Notes: generated by a model not told the origin, from the sequence alone. DNA of 64,000 nucleotides from Amphiscolops sp. MND2022 (GCA_964187785.1 OZ076413.1:66898001-66962000), one strand, 5' to 3'. Positions 47,390 through 60,182 are shown, counted from the stretch's first letter. Program-made: numbers and translations.

Positions 47390-50110
47390 AATTACGCTCA
47401 ATGATCACAATCCGCGATTTCTGATTACGCTGTGCATCACAATTCGCGATGAACACAATGCACTGTTTGACTAGAATACGGTTCAATCTCGTTTTTCGGA
47501 AAATACACTTCACACTTGATGATAAATTCCACTTTTGCGGCGTATGTATCGTTGTGCAGGGATTGCTCCCTAAATAGTCCAGGGCCTCTGACGACAGTTT
47601 GTACAAATACAAGTCCAACTACATGAATTTGATTCAGACCAGTGAGTATTGAAGTATTTCCACATCATATCTGGAAGGCTTGGTTTCAGTCGGGTTGGGT
47701 TATAGAAATCCATGTGTTTCCGGATAACGTTGGTTCTGAAGGCAGTCCGGTACCGGAAGTCTTGTCGTTGCATTTCATATTTGATAGTCGGAAGAACAAT
47801 TCTTTTCCATCTTGAGTCGTTGACTGTAATGTAATAAGCATGCGGGAAGACATCATAGTCGTCGTTCAGTATCTTACTGAAGAGGAAAAGGTCTTTTGGA
47901 ACCTGGAAATATAAAGGGGGCAGTAAGTTGTTTTTCAGGAGAGAATCGCGGTAACTTAATCCAGGGCTTACCCGACGCAAAACTTTACGGTTAAAATTTT
48001 CAATTAAGTGCGCATTTGACTTATTAGCAGACCAACATTCAGATGCATATACTAGAGTAGGATTGATGTTCGATCTATAGAGGCAGCTTTTTGATTCAGA
48101 TGATAGTAAGTTTGAAGGGTTTCTTCTGAGGAGAAATAAAACTGAGCGCTTGTTAACTCTGGTTGTAACGTGTTCTGTCCAGTCGAGATCTTCATGTATG
48201 ATCAAACCAAGGTGTCTTGCCGAGCTAGTGGGTCTGATGGGTTCTGTTCCGAGTGAAAACGTCGTGTTGGTGATTCTAGATTTGTTCCTCTTTGTTTGTA
48301 CTTTGTACTCTATGAACTCGCATTTCTTGGCATTGAAATACAAGAAGTTTGCCTCGCTCCAAATATGTAAGCTGTTTATGTCCTCCTTTAGTTTATTGAT
48401 GTCATGAGTGAAGGCATGGTCATGTACTTTGCAAATAAGTTTGAGGTCGTCCGCGAAAAGAAGTGCAAGTGAGAAAAACACGTTGTCTGGCAGGTCATTA
48501 ATGTAAAAGATGAAAAGTAACGGCCCGAGTATCGAACCTTGTGGGACGCCTGTGATGATGCCCTTGGAAAAAATGGAGACATTAATCTTCACGGATTGAG
48601 TGCGATTTAGTAGTAGAATAAGATTTAGAGCAACAGCTCAAGGATTTCCACCCAATTATCAGTCCGGTCTCAAATTGTCGTAAGCTTGGTCATGGTCTTA
48701 CAGTTTCCGCATCTGCAGAGAATTTTCCAGGTACATTTGTCGGTCTGTTAGTAGCGTTTGTTGAAGAAATTCCAATAGATTCGAGTCTGCGGTTTTCGCG
48801 GGCCTTGCTCCTTTCAATGCTTTCAGTACGTAGTTGTAGAGGATCATTGTTCTTTGGAAGAATTCCTTGTCACTTTTTGTAAGTCTATTTCACTTTACAG
48901 AAAACTTACTGCTTGTCTTGTCGTTCGGGCGGGTTCATTTTCACGTTCTAATTCATAGTCGAATTTGTTTTCGATAAAGTCTATTAGCATTAGCAGGTCG
49001 TGCATTTCCATGTAGTGACACCATGGTAGCAGTCGGAGGGCACAGTCTTTCTTTGCATTCGATGTTTGAGGATAAGATCCACTTTGTAGCTTTTTTTCTG
49101 TATGCTCTCTAGTTGCTCCATATTTTTGTTTGGCATCCAGGCTAGTGAGGCATACGTGAGTATTGGGACTACATAGCCCGTGTAGGCATTTAACCTTGTT
49201 GTCCAGTGAGATTTCTGACTCAGATTCCTTTTGAGTAGGTAAAGAGCATTCATTCCTTTAGTGCAACGCTTTCCACAGTTTTCGTTAGTCAGTTTACGGT
49301 AGTCAGTACTTGGTTTCCTTGGAGATTTGCTGTAAGATTTCCCTTAAAGTTCATGATTTTCACGTCTTTATGTTAACGGCCATTTTATTATGGTTTAGCC
49401 AAGTTGAGCAGTTGCGTTGTCGAGCTGTTGCTGGTCTCCAATAATGATCTTGTAGTCATCTGCGTAGCCGAAACTGTCTACTTCTGGCATTGTTTCGGGA
49501 AGATCATCTATGAAGATCAGGAACAACAATGGCCCCAGTATTGACCCTTGAGGCACTCCACTAGTCACATTTTGTTTAGTAGATTCATGATTGTTTATTT
49601 TGAAAAAATGTACACGGTCCGTCAAGTAAGAAGCAATTAATTTCAAAAGATTTCCACCTGCTCCAAAAAGTGCGACCTTTCTCAGGAGCAGTTCATGTGC
49701 CACGGTATCGAAGGCTTTTGCAAATTCCAAGTTAAAGCACTGTCAGTTCTTTTTGCTTTTCGTTGTCATTTAGTTCATATAGTTTGTCCAGGAAGACTAG
49801 TAGCTGTTGAAAACTAGTAGACTATTTGAACGGTAGTCAGCCAAAGTAGGTACAGTTTCCTTGATGCACTAAGACTGATGAGTTTACGTAGTAAAACAGT
49901 TTGATCTTGACGAATGCCTTCGAAAAATCAAATGGAAAAGACAAGATTGTACTTCTGGAGTCACTAATCGAGGAGTAAATGTAGGTGAGACTGCGGATAA
50001 GCTGCAAGATTGCGGACTTTCTTGGTAAAAAGCCGAACTGAGAGTCACTGGTTGTACTCATAAAGTGACCGGCCAGGCAGTTGAAAAGAAGTTTCTCGAA
50101 TACTTTGGAG
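47390..50110 (-). pseudogene. Stack of several 5'-truncated CR1/L2-like RT fragments (repeated at about 51630-54400)
   Basis: [15 protein letters not shown] at 47570-48592; a second ORF2 3' end at 48620-49380; [21 protein letters not shown] at 49395-49740; NYRP..FEK..QFGF at 49840-50110. Confidence 0.85.
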
Positions 50111-53100
50111 CAGACTGAGAGAAGGCAGGCCGGTAGTTCTTCACATCCTTTTTGCTCCATCAAATCATGCTCAAGAGAATCTGAGATACTCATTCACCGA
50201 CTCATTTCTGGTCATTGTAGTTTAAATGGCAATTCAATTAATAATTTAAATGGCAATTTAAAATGTCTTGTACAAGATCTGGAAAGCCGAATCTCCGAAA
50301 TGTACGTGCGGATACAACGAAGAAACTGTCGAACATTACCTCTGCAATTGTATATATTACTCTGAGCAACAAAAGAAGTGGAGATTAGATGGCTCCCTCC
50401 AAAACGCTCTGCACTTCCCTAATCTGGAACAGTATATCATTGAAACTGGTAGGTTCAATTCTCAAGAGACCCAGAAGAACATGAGCTTGAATTAAACTTT
50501 GTGTAGCTGCTCACAGAGAGGAGCTTTTTAAAGAAATATATAAATCTACATTATTATTATTAAGGCTTCGCAGCATGTGCTGCATTATGATACATATGCC
50601 GCAACGAACTAGCAAGATCTTTGGAGTTCGAATACTTTGGAGCAGACTGAGAGAAGGGTAACAGGCCGGTAGTTCTTCACATCCTTTTTGCTCCATCAAA
50701 TCATGCTCAAGAGAATCTGAGATACACATTTACCGACTCATTTCTGGTCATTGTAGTTTAAATGGCAATTCAATTAATAATTCAAATGGCAATTTAAAAT
50801 GTCTTGTACAAGATCTGGAAAGCCTGAGACTGAGAGAAGGGTAACAGGCCGGTAGTTCTTCACATCCTTTTTGCTTCCGTCTGTGAGAATTGGTGAATCT
50901 ACACCGTGCTTCCACGAAGAAGGGAATTTTGAGTCTTTTCAGGTTGCTGAAGATCGTAAAAAGTGAATGGCTTATATTGTTAGCTGTCTTTTTCATTACT
51001 ATTGGAGGTAATTCGTCTGGTCCCCGACTTTTATTAATCCTTAGTACATTTAATTCCTTGATAATGTGTCTTCTTTTGTGAATGCCAAATCAATAGGACC
51101 AAAATTGGTGAGATCACTTGGCTGATAACTGGTATATATTAAATAGTTTCATTAAATATCAAAACTTATTAAATAGTTTCATGTTGATATGACGAGAGAC
51201 GGACAGAGATGCAATAGTGAAAGTTTGGAATGTGGACGATGCAGAAACTGGTTTCATCTAGGCTGTGTAGGGGTTCCTGCAGCTGTCTTGACTCATCAAG
51301 CGAAGGTGCCTCTATTGGAATTGCAGTCATTGTCAACAAAATTCCGGTGAGATTGTTCCTAATACTGTTTGTGATTCGATAGATGCAAAATTGAGCGAAC
51401 CGATCGAAAAGATGAAGAGTATTTGTTCCGATATTCTAGCAATAAAGGAATCTATTAGAAATCAAGAAAGTGTCCTAAAAACTGAAGTTGTTGAGATAAA
51501 AGATTCAGTAAAAAGCAAACATGCCGACTTTGAAAAGCGCATCAATGATAATGATAAGACAACCTATTCGATAGTCATTCCTACTCACGTTGTGTACCAA
51601 AATTCTTTACTGGTTTCCACGTTTCTCCTAATTACGCTCAATGATCACAATCCGCGATTTCTGATTACGCTGTGCATCACAATTCGCGATGAACACAATG
51701 CACTGTTTGACTAGAATACGGTTCAATCTCGTTTTTCGGAAAATACACTTCACACTTGATGATAAATTCCACTTTTGCGGCGTATGTATCGTTGTGCAGG
51801 GATTGCTCCCTAAATAGTCCAGGGCCTCTGACGACAGTTTGTACAAATACAAGTCCAACTACATGAATTTGATTCAGACCAGTGAGTATTGAAGTATTTC
51901 CACATCATATCTGGAAGGCTTGGTTTCAGTCGGGTTGGGTTATAGAAATCCATGTGTTTCCGGATAACGTTGGTTCTGAAGGCAGTCCGGTACCGGAAGT
52001 CTTGTCGTTGCATTTCATATTTGATAGTCGGAAGAACAATTCTTTTCCATCTTGAGTCGTTGACTGTAATGTAATAAGCATGCGGGAAGACATCATAGTC
52101 GTCGTTCAGTATCTTACTGAAGAGGAAAAGGTCTTTTGGAACCTGGAAATATAAAGGGGGCAGTAAGTTGTTTTTCAGGAGAGAATCGCGGTAACTTAAT
52201 CCAGGGCTTACCCGACGCAAAACTTTACGGTTAAAATTTTCAATTAAGTGCGCATTTGACTTATTAGCAGACCAACATTCAGATGCATATACTAGAGTAG
52301 GATTGATGTTCGATCTATAGAGGCAGCTTTTTGATTCAGATGATAGTAAGTTTGAAGGGTTTCTTCTGAGGAGAAATAAAACTGAGCGCCTTGTTAACTC
52401 TGGTTGTAACGTGTTCTGTCCAGTCGAGATTTTCATGTATGATCAAACCAAGGTGTCTTGCCGAGCTAGTGGGTCTGATGGGTTCTGTTCCGAGTGAAAA
52501 CGTCGTGTTGGTGATTCTAGATTTGTTCCTCTTTGTTTGTACTTTGTACTCTATGAACTCGCATTTCTTGGCATTGAAATACAAGAAGTTTGCCTCGCTC
52601 CAAATATGTAAGCTGTTTATGTCCTCCTTTAGTTTATTGATGTCATGAGTGAAGGCATGGTCATGTACTTTGCAAATAAGTTTGAGGTCGTCCGCGAAAA
52701 GAAGTGCAAGTGAGAAAAACACGTTGTCTGGCAGGTCATTAATGTAAAAGATGAAAAGTAACGGCCCGAGTATCGAACCTTGTGGGACGCCTGTGATGAT
52801 GCCCTTGGAAAAAATGGAGACATTAATCTTCACGGATTGAGTGCGATTTAGTAGTAGTAGAATAAGATTTAGAGCAACAGCTCAAGGGTTTCCACCCAAT
52901 TATCAGTCCGGTCTCAAATTGTCGTAAGCTTGGTCATGGTCTTACAGTTTCCGCATCTGCAGAGAATTTTCCAGGTACATTTGTCGGTCTGTTAGTAGCG
53001 TTTGTTGAAGAAATTCCAATAGATTCGAGTCTGCGGTTTTCGCGGGCCTTGCTCCTTTCAATGCTTTCAGTACGTTGTTGTAGAGGATCATTGTTCTTTG

Positions 53101-54339
53101 GAAGAATTCCTTGTCACTTTTTGTAAGTCTATTTCGCTTTACAGAAAACTTACTGCTTGTCTTTTCGTTCGGGCAGGTTCATTTTCACGTTCTAATTCAT
53201 AGTCGAATTTGTTTTCGATAAAGTCTATTAGCATTAGCAGGTCGTGCATTTCCATGTAGTGACACCATGGTAGCAGTCGGAGGGCACAGTCTTTCTTTGC
53301 ATTCGATGTTTGAGGATAAGATCCACTTTGTAGCTTTTTTTCTGTATGCTCTCTAGTTGCTCCATATTTTTGTTTGGCATCCAGGCTAGTGAGGCATACG
53401 TGAGTATTGGGACTACATAGCCCGTGTAGGCATTTAACCTTGTTGTCCAGTGAGATTTCTGACTCAGATTCCTTTTGAGTAGGTAAAGAGCATTCATTCC
53501 TTTAGTGCAACGCTTTCCACAGTTTTCGTTAGTCAGTTTACGGTAGTCAGTACTTGGTTTCCTTGGAGATTTGCTGTAAGATTTCCCTTAAAGTTCATGA
53601 TTTTCACGTCTTTATGTTAACGGCCATTTTATTATGGTTTAGCCAAGTTGAGCAGTTGCGTTGTCGAGCTGTTGCTGGTCTCCAATAATGATCTTGTAGT
53701 CATCTGCGTAGCCGAAACTGTCTACTTCTGGCATTGTTTCGGGAAGATCATCTATGAAGATCAGGAACAACAATGGCCCCAGTATTGACCCTTGAGGCAC
53801 TCCACTAGTCACAGTTTGTTTAGTAGATTCATGATTGTTTATTTTGAAAAAATGTACACGGTCTGTCAAGTAAGAAGCAATTAATTTCAAAAGATTTCCA
53901 CCTGCTCCAAAAAGTGCGACCTTTCTCAGGAGCAGTTCATGTACCACGGTATCGAAGGCTTTTGCAAATTCCAAGTTAAAGCACTGTCAGTTCTTTTTGC
54001 TTTTCGTTGTCATTTAGTTCATATAGTTTGTCCAGGAAGACTAGTAGCTGTTGAAAACTAGTAGACTATTTGAACGGTAGTCAGCCAAAGTAGGTACAGT
54101 TTCCTTGATGCACTAAGACTGATGAGTTTACGTAGTAAAACAGTTTGATCTTGACGAATGCCTTCGAAAAATCAAATGAAAAAGACAAGATTGTACTTCT
54201 GGAGTCACTAATCGAGGAGTAAATGTAGGTGAGACTGCGGATAAGCTGCAAGATTGCGGACTTTCTTGGTAAAAAGCCGAACTGAGAGTCACTGGTTGTA
54301 CTCATAAAGTGACCGGCCAGGCAGTTGAAAAGAAGTTTC

Positions 54340-55640
54340 TCGAATACTTTGGAGCAGACTGAGAGAAGGGTAGTTACAGGCCGGTAGTTCTTCACATCCT
54401 TTTTGCTCCATCAAATCATGCTCAAGAGAATCTGAGATACTCATTCACCGACTCATTTCTGGTCATTGTAGTTTAAATGGCAATTCAATTAATAATTTAA
54501 CTGGCAATTTAAAATGTCTTGTACAAGATCTGGAAAGCCGAATCTCCGAAATGTACGTGCGGATACAACGAAGAAACTGTCGAACATTACCTCTGCAATT
54601 GTATATATTACTCTGAGCAACAAAAGAAGTGGAGATTAGAAGGCTCCCTCCAAAACGCTCTGCAATTCCCTAATCTGGAACAGTATATCATTGAAACTGG
54701 TAGGTTCAATTCTCAAGAGACCCAGAAGAACATGAGCTTGAATTAAACTTTGTGTAGCTGCTCACAAAGAGGAGCTTTTTAAAGAAATATATAATTCTAC
54801 ATTATTATTATTAAGGCTTCGCAGCATGTGCTGCATTATGATACATATGCCGCAACGAACTAGCAAGATCTTTGGAGTTCGAATACTTTGGAGCAGACTG
54901 AGAGAAGGGTAACAGGCCGGTAGTTCTTCACATCCTTTTTGCTCCATCAAATCATGCTCAAGAGAATCTGAGATACTCATTCACCGACTCATTTCTGGTC
55001 ATTGTAGTTTAAATGGCAATTCAATTAATAATTTAAATGGCAATTTAAAATGTCTTGTACAAGATCTGGAAAGCCGAATCTCCGAAATGTACGTGCGGAT
55101 ACAACGAAGAAACTGTCGAACATTACCTCTGCAATTGTATATATTACTCTGAGCAACAAAAGAAGTGGAGATTAGAAGGCTCCCTCCAAAACGCTCTGCA
55201 ATTCCCTAATCTGGAACAGTATATCATTGAAACTGGTAGGTTCAATTCTCAAGAGACCCAGAAGAACATGAGCTTGAATTAAACTTTGTGTAGCTGCTCA
55301 CAAAGAGGAGCTTTTTAAAGAAATATATAATTCTACATTATTATTATTAAGGCTTCGCAGCATGTGCTGCATTATGATACATATGCCGCAACGAACTAGC
55401 AAGATCTTTGGAGTTCGAATACTTTGGAGCAGACTGAGAGAAGGGTAACAGGCCGGTAGTTCTTCACATCCTTTTTGCTCCATCAAATCATGCTCAAGAG
55501 AATCTGAGATACACATTTACCGACTCATTTCTGGTCATTGTAGTTTAAATGGCAATTCAATTAATAATTCAAATGGCAATTTAAAATGTCTTGTACAAGA
55601 TCTGGAAAGCCTGAGACTGAGAGAAGGGTAACAGGCCGGT
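54340..55640. repeat. About 2.4 copies of a chimeric 536-bp unit (inverted RT snippet + I-group LINE 3' end)
   Basis: Identical ORFs at 54519 and 55055; GGAGCAGACTG at 54351, 54890 and 55426. Confidence 0.9.
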
Positions 55641-58600
55641 AGTTCTTCACATCCTTTTTGCTTCCGTCTTTGAGAATTGGTGAATCTACACCGTGCTTCC
55701 ACGAAGAAGGGAATTTTGAGTCTTTTCAGGTTGCTGAAGATCGTAAAAAGTGAATGGCTTATATTGTTAGCTGTCTTTTTCATTACTATTGGAGGTAATT
55801 CGTCTGGTCCCCGACTTTTATTAATCCTTAGTACATTTAATTCCTTGATAATGTGTCTTCTTTTGTGAATGCCAAATCAATAGGACCAAAATTGGTGAGA
55901 TCACTTGGCTGATAACTGGTATATATTAAATAGTTTCATTAAATATTAAAACTTATTAAAAAGTTTCATGTTGATATGACGAGAGACGGACAGAGATGCA
56001 AGAGTGAAAGTTTGGAATGTGGACGATGCAGAAACTGGTTTCATCTAGGCTGTGTAGGGGTTCCTGCAGCTGTCTTGACTCATCAAGCGAAGGTGCCTCT
56101 ATTGGAATTGCAGTCATTGTCAACAAAATTCCGGTGAGATTGTTCCTAATACTGTTTGTGATTCGATAGATGCAAAATTGAGCGAACCGATCGAAAAGAT
56201 GAAGAGTATTTGTTCCGATATTCTAGCAATAAAGGAATCTATTAGAAATCAAGAAAGTGTCCTAAAAACTGAAGTTGTTGAGATAAAAGATTCAGTAAAA
56301 AGCAAACATGCCGACTTTGAAAAGCGCATCAATGATAATGATAGGACAACCTATTCGATAGTTTCTCAACAAACTAGAATCGATGGTATTGCTGAAGTCG
56401 AAGGTGCAAGGGAAGCCACTACAACCGAAAAGAAGCAAGTGAATTCAATTCGTTCTAGACTAGGTGTACAACAAGCGATCACAAACATGAAACGACTTGG
56501 AAAATGCAATGCACAAAAACGTCCTCGTACAATTCTAGTAAGGTGTTGCAATGCCTGGGATGCAAGATTTTTATCAGCAAAGGCTCATTTACTGAAGGAC
56601 CTTGACGAAGCTGTATTATTCTCGAAAGCTTTATCGACCCAAGAGATTGAAATTGAAAACAAAATCTTGAAGAGCCATGAGCTGATAGAATCAGGCATCG
56701 ATCCTACTGAATTGAAAATACGTTCATTGAAACTTTATCACAAGGGTGAGCAAGTGAACAATGAAAATTCCAGCAATTAACTAATGTCACAGAACGATTT
56801 CACGCTTAACCTAGTTTGTGCAAATCTAAGAAGTTTTATTGCGAAAGAAAAGCGCAATGCTCTAGAACGGGCTACTCTAACGTCTAAAGCAAACGTTTTT
56901 GCATTTTCTGAAACATGGTGGCCTAATTTGTTTGAAGATAACGAGCTGTCATTACCAGGTTTTCACTTATATCGGAGAGAGAGACCAACCGAAAGGAAGA
57001 CAAAACATCGTGGCGTAATGATTGCAGTTAGTAATTCCATAAGGCACCAACCTCTCGACATAATTGACGAATACGACAGTGGCTTGTACAATATATATTG
57101 CCAACGAGACGTATCATTTGATATCCTTTTATAACCCTCCATATGACAGCAGCAATTATGTTTGGCCGATCAACAAATGGAAGAAATTCTTTAACAGTAG
57201 AAAACTTGGCTACCTCTGGAAATGTTATTGCTCTCGGTGATGCTAATCTGCCTAAAGTTAATTATGGATTCTTTAATGATTATGAAGCTGATGTTCTCAA
57301 CCTCATAAATGACACAAGGATGGATCAAATTGTTAATTTCAAGACATCAACTTCTACTCTGGACATTGTATTTGTCAACTTCCCTGTGATCAACATTGAA
57401 AGGGACTATAAATTCGATGATTCTTATTCTCTTAATGGAAAACACGCGTCTAATCACTATTCACTGAGCATCGAGATACCGTGGAACTATGAGGGCAGAT
57501 TTAATATTCCCAGTTTTTATTTCAGTTTTTTCCGGGCAAATTTTGACTGTATGAATGATCTTATTTTACTGTAGCCCTTTATTGGTTACTGCTGGACCAA
57601 TCCGGACGTTTGAAGTCTGTCTCGAGCACTCCTCAAATATGTGAAAGTTTCAACAAACATTTCCAGTCAGTTTTTACTACGCCTTCAGGTCTAACTAATA
57701 TCTATGGTTGTGAAAACTTTTTACTCAATGATTACGATATTAGTCTTGAAAAAATATCGAATATTATGCAACGCCTAGATGTCAGCAAATCTAAAGGACA
57801 TGACTGTCTACCTCCTGTTCTTTTTAAACGCATGGATACTATGAAAACTTCGATATACGGCTTATTTCGCACGATAAAACGAACTTGTACATTTCCAAGG
57901 TTCTGGAAAATTGGTAAAGTAAAGCCCCTTTTCAAAAAAGGTAATCGGGCTCTTGTCACCAACTACAGACCAATCACACTTTTGTGCATTCTATCGAAGA
58001 TTTTCGAAAAATGTATTTTCGACAGCATGTACAGTTTTGCTGCTCCGTTATTACATTCATCACAGTTTGGGTTTACGAAAGGAAAGTCGACACTTAATCA
58101 ATTAATATGTTATTTAGATGGAATTTACAAGAACGTGCAAATAAACGACATCTGCGTCGAAACCTTATACTTTGATTTTGAAAAAGCATTCGACAAAATT
58201 GATCATGCCTGATTCTGATCATGATTCTGATAGAGAAGCTCAAGTCAATTGGAGTCTATGGGAAGTTATTGAATATATTAAGAAGTTACTTGAGTGACCG
58301 AAAACAATTTGTTGAAATCAATGGGTATAAGTCCTCTTTGTTGAACGTATCCAGCGGTGTGCCTCAGGGATCAATTCTCGGTCCCATATTATTTCTCATA
58401 TATATCATGGATTTGCCTTGTGGGATGATGTCGTCTTTTTATTGTTTCGCTGACGATTCCAAGATGCTATCTATTCATGGTCAATAAGAGATCTGTGTGT
58501 TACCTCAGGACGTTATGCTACTTGAACAATGGTGAAATAAGAACAATATGGTGTTGAATAAATGCCACATGCCGATAAATGCCACATGCTATCATTTTCT

Positions 58601-58770
58601 AAGTACCACTGTGACATTGGATTTACCGATTGTCCAATCGAATGATCAAGTTTTGAAAAGGACTTAGGTGTCATTATATCATCTGACCTTTCATGGAACA
58701 TCCAAATTGCTAATGCATGTAGAAAAGGTATCCAGTCTCTTCAAGTACTTAAGCCTTCTCGCAAGTACTA
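55620..58770 (+). mobile_element. CR1-type LINE with PHD-finger ORF1, decayed, 3'-truncated; its 5' part is duplicated at about 50820-51575
   Basis: PHD relic LECGRCRNWFHLGCVG..YWNCSHC; ORF1 56178-56780 (RLGK..RPRTILV); APE (ANLRS, FSETW, GDANLP); RT ([31 protein letters not shown]). Confidence 0.85.
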
Positions 58771-59330
58771 CTCGCCTTCACTACGATATATAGGGTCGCA
58801 AACAATGCTGCAGAAATGTTTGTTGAACATCTCAGCCTTATCTATGTCTGTCTCGGCATGTGCTGTGCCGTTTGTGATGGAGGGCGGGTATTGGTCACCC
58901 TTGAGGTACTTAAAGACGGCATGCTTGTTTCGGGTACTAGCAAGTTTGGACTCATAATTCACCCTGTCAGCTTTTTGTAGATCCTCGCAGTGCTTCGACA
59001 TATCTTCGAGTTTCTTTTTCTGGAGATCTGTCTTGAGATACCTCTTGTTCAGTGAATTTCTGTAAGTTGATAGTTTGTTAATAAAGTGCACCGTGGGTGG
59101 GGTAATCCATGGTTGGATGTTTTGTCGCTTGATTGTTCTCCTTGGTGTGTGTTGAGAGATCAAATCAAAGAACCACTCGTACCATACCGCGACGTGAACG
59201 TCTGGATTGCTATAGCAGATGGGATGAGCCCATGTCATTTTCTGTACAGTTTCAGACTCAGAGAATATGTGATGACGGTTTGTGAAAATCAAGGACAGCC
59301 TGTTATCTTCATCGCTGAATTATTAGATGT
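58768..59330 (-). pseudogene. LINE ORF2 tether-region fragment
   Basis: YSNPDV..WYEWF..HTPRRT..QPWIT..KAEMFNKHF, typical of the segment between APE and RT. Confidence 0.7.
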
Positions 59331-59428
59331 GATTAATGGATAGTTAACGAATTAACAGAACAGTCGAGGCTTTTCTTCGATTGCGTTAAGCGAAATTTCC
59401 GAAGCAACTAATCCATTCACTCCGACTA

Positions 59429-59600
59429 CAGTTGAATCGCCCTAATTCGTATCGCTACGGACCGAATGAAATTAGCACGAATAATGAGAAATACGAAGTA
59501 AGCGAATGATTTAACTTTGGTCCGAAATAGGGGTCTGAGATACATGCGAACTGAACGAAGATCCGAGTTATCCGGATACGAATTAACCGGAGTAAAACTA
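59429..59600. mobile_element. Tc1/mariner-type MITE, about 170 bp
   Basis: TA|CAGTTGAATCGCCCTAATTCGTATC ... GATACGAATTAACCGGAGTAAAACTA|TA. Confidence 0.7.
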
Positions 59601-59966
59601 TATTCAGAAAAAATGAACGATTACGGTCCAGTCTGAAATGCAAGTTTTTCGATGACACGGCAATTCGGGAATCTGCTAACAATATTGAGGAGCTTAATTG
59701 GTCGCTTGAATATGTTTGGGGTCAAGAGACTCTACACAGAAGCCGTTACAGAAGGTATATAAAATTTAACATTGGAAGACAGATTGATAGCCATACTTCG
59801 CCTAAATAAACCGAAGAAACAGTTGCATTAACTCCATGTGTTTTTCCATCTATCTTAACCGACACACTCCTTCTGTACTATGGGCAAATTCAAGCTAATC
59901 AGCAAAACTAATTTGTGGTTTCATTACGCACGGTCCTGTTTTTAATTTCATGTAATTTCAACTCAC

Positions 59967-60182
59967 CTGAACTTTGCGATGATAATACTCGTGGCAGCAG
60001 CAGCCGCAACAACAGCCCTTGTGACAACAGCAACATCTGCAACACTTGGGCACATTGCACAAACAGCAAACGCAACATCTCCACAAAAAGGCCAACCTGC
60101 GTCTGACACTGGCAGTTGAACTGTTAATACTGCTACTCACACTCGGGAGACGTGCTCGTTTTCTTATTTCCTCCACTTCCAT
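59967..60182 (-). CDS. Host gene exon 1 (putative first coding exon) encoding a cysteine string: MEVEEIRKRARLPSVSSSINSSTASVRRRLAFLWRCCVCCLCNVPKCCRCCCCHKGCCCGCCCHEYYHRKVQ
   Basis: Consensus donor CAG|GTGAGT, phase 0, matching exon 2. An in-frame TAA lies upstream of the ATG. 216 nt. Confidence 0.65.

Larger units (their letters stand above)
47333..56362. repeat. Two-unit tandem duplication (unit 1 47333-51572, 4.24 kb; unit 2 51573-56362, 4.79 kb)
   Basis: ORF pairs are offset by about 4240-4244 (47388/51628, 49395/53639) and by 4787 after an extra 536-bp repeat (50748/55535, 51391/56178). Junction microhomology AGT. Confidence 0.92.
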
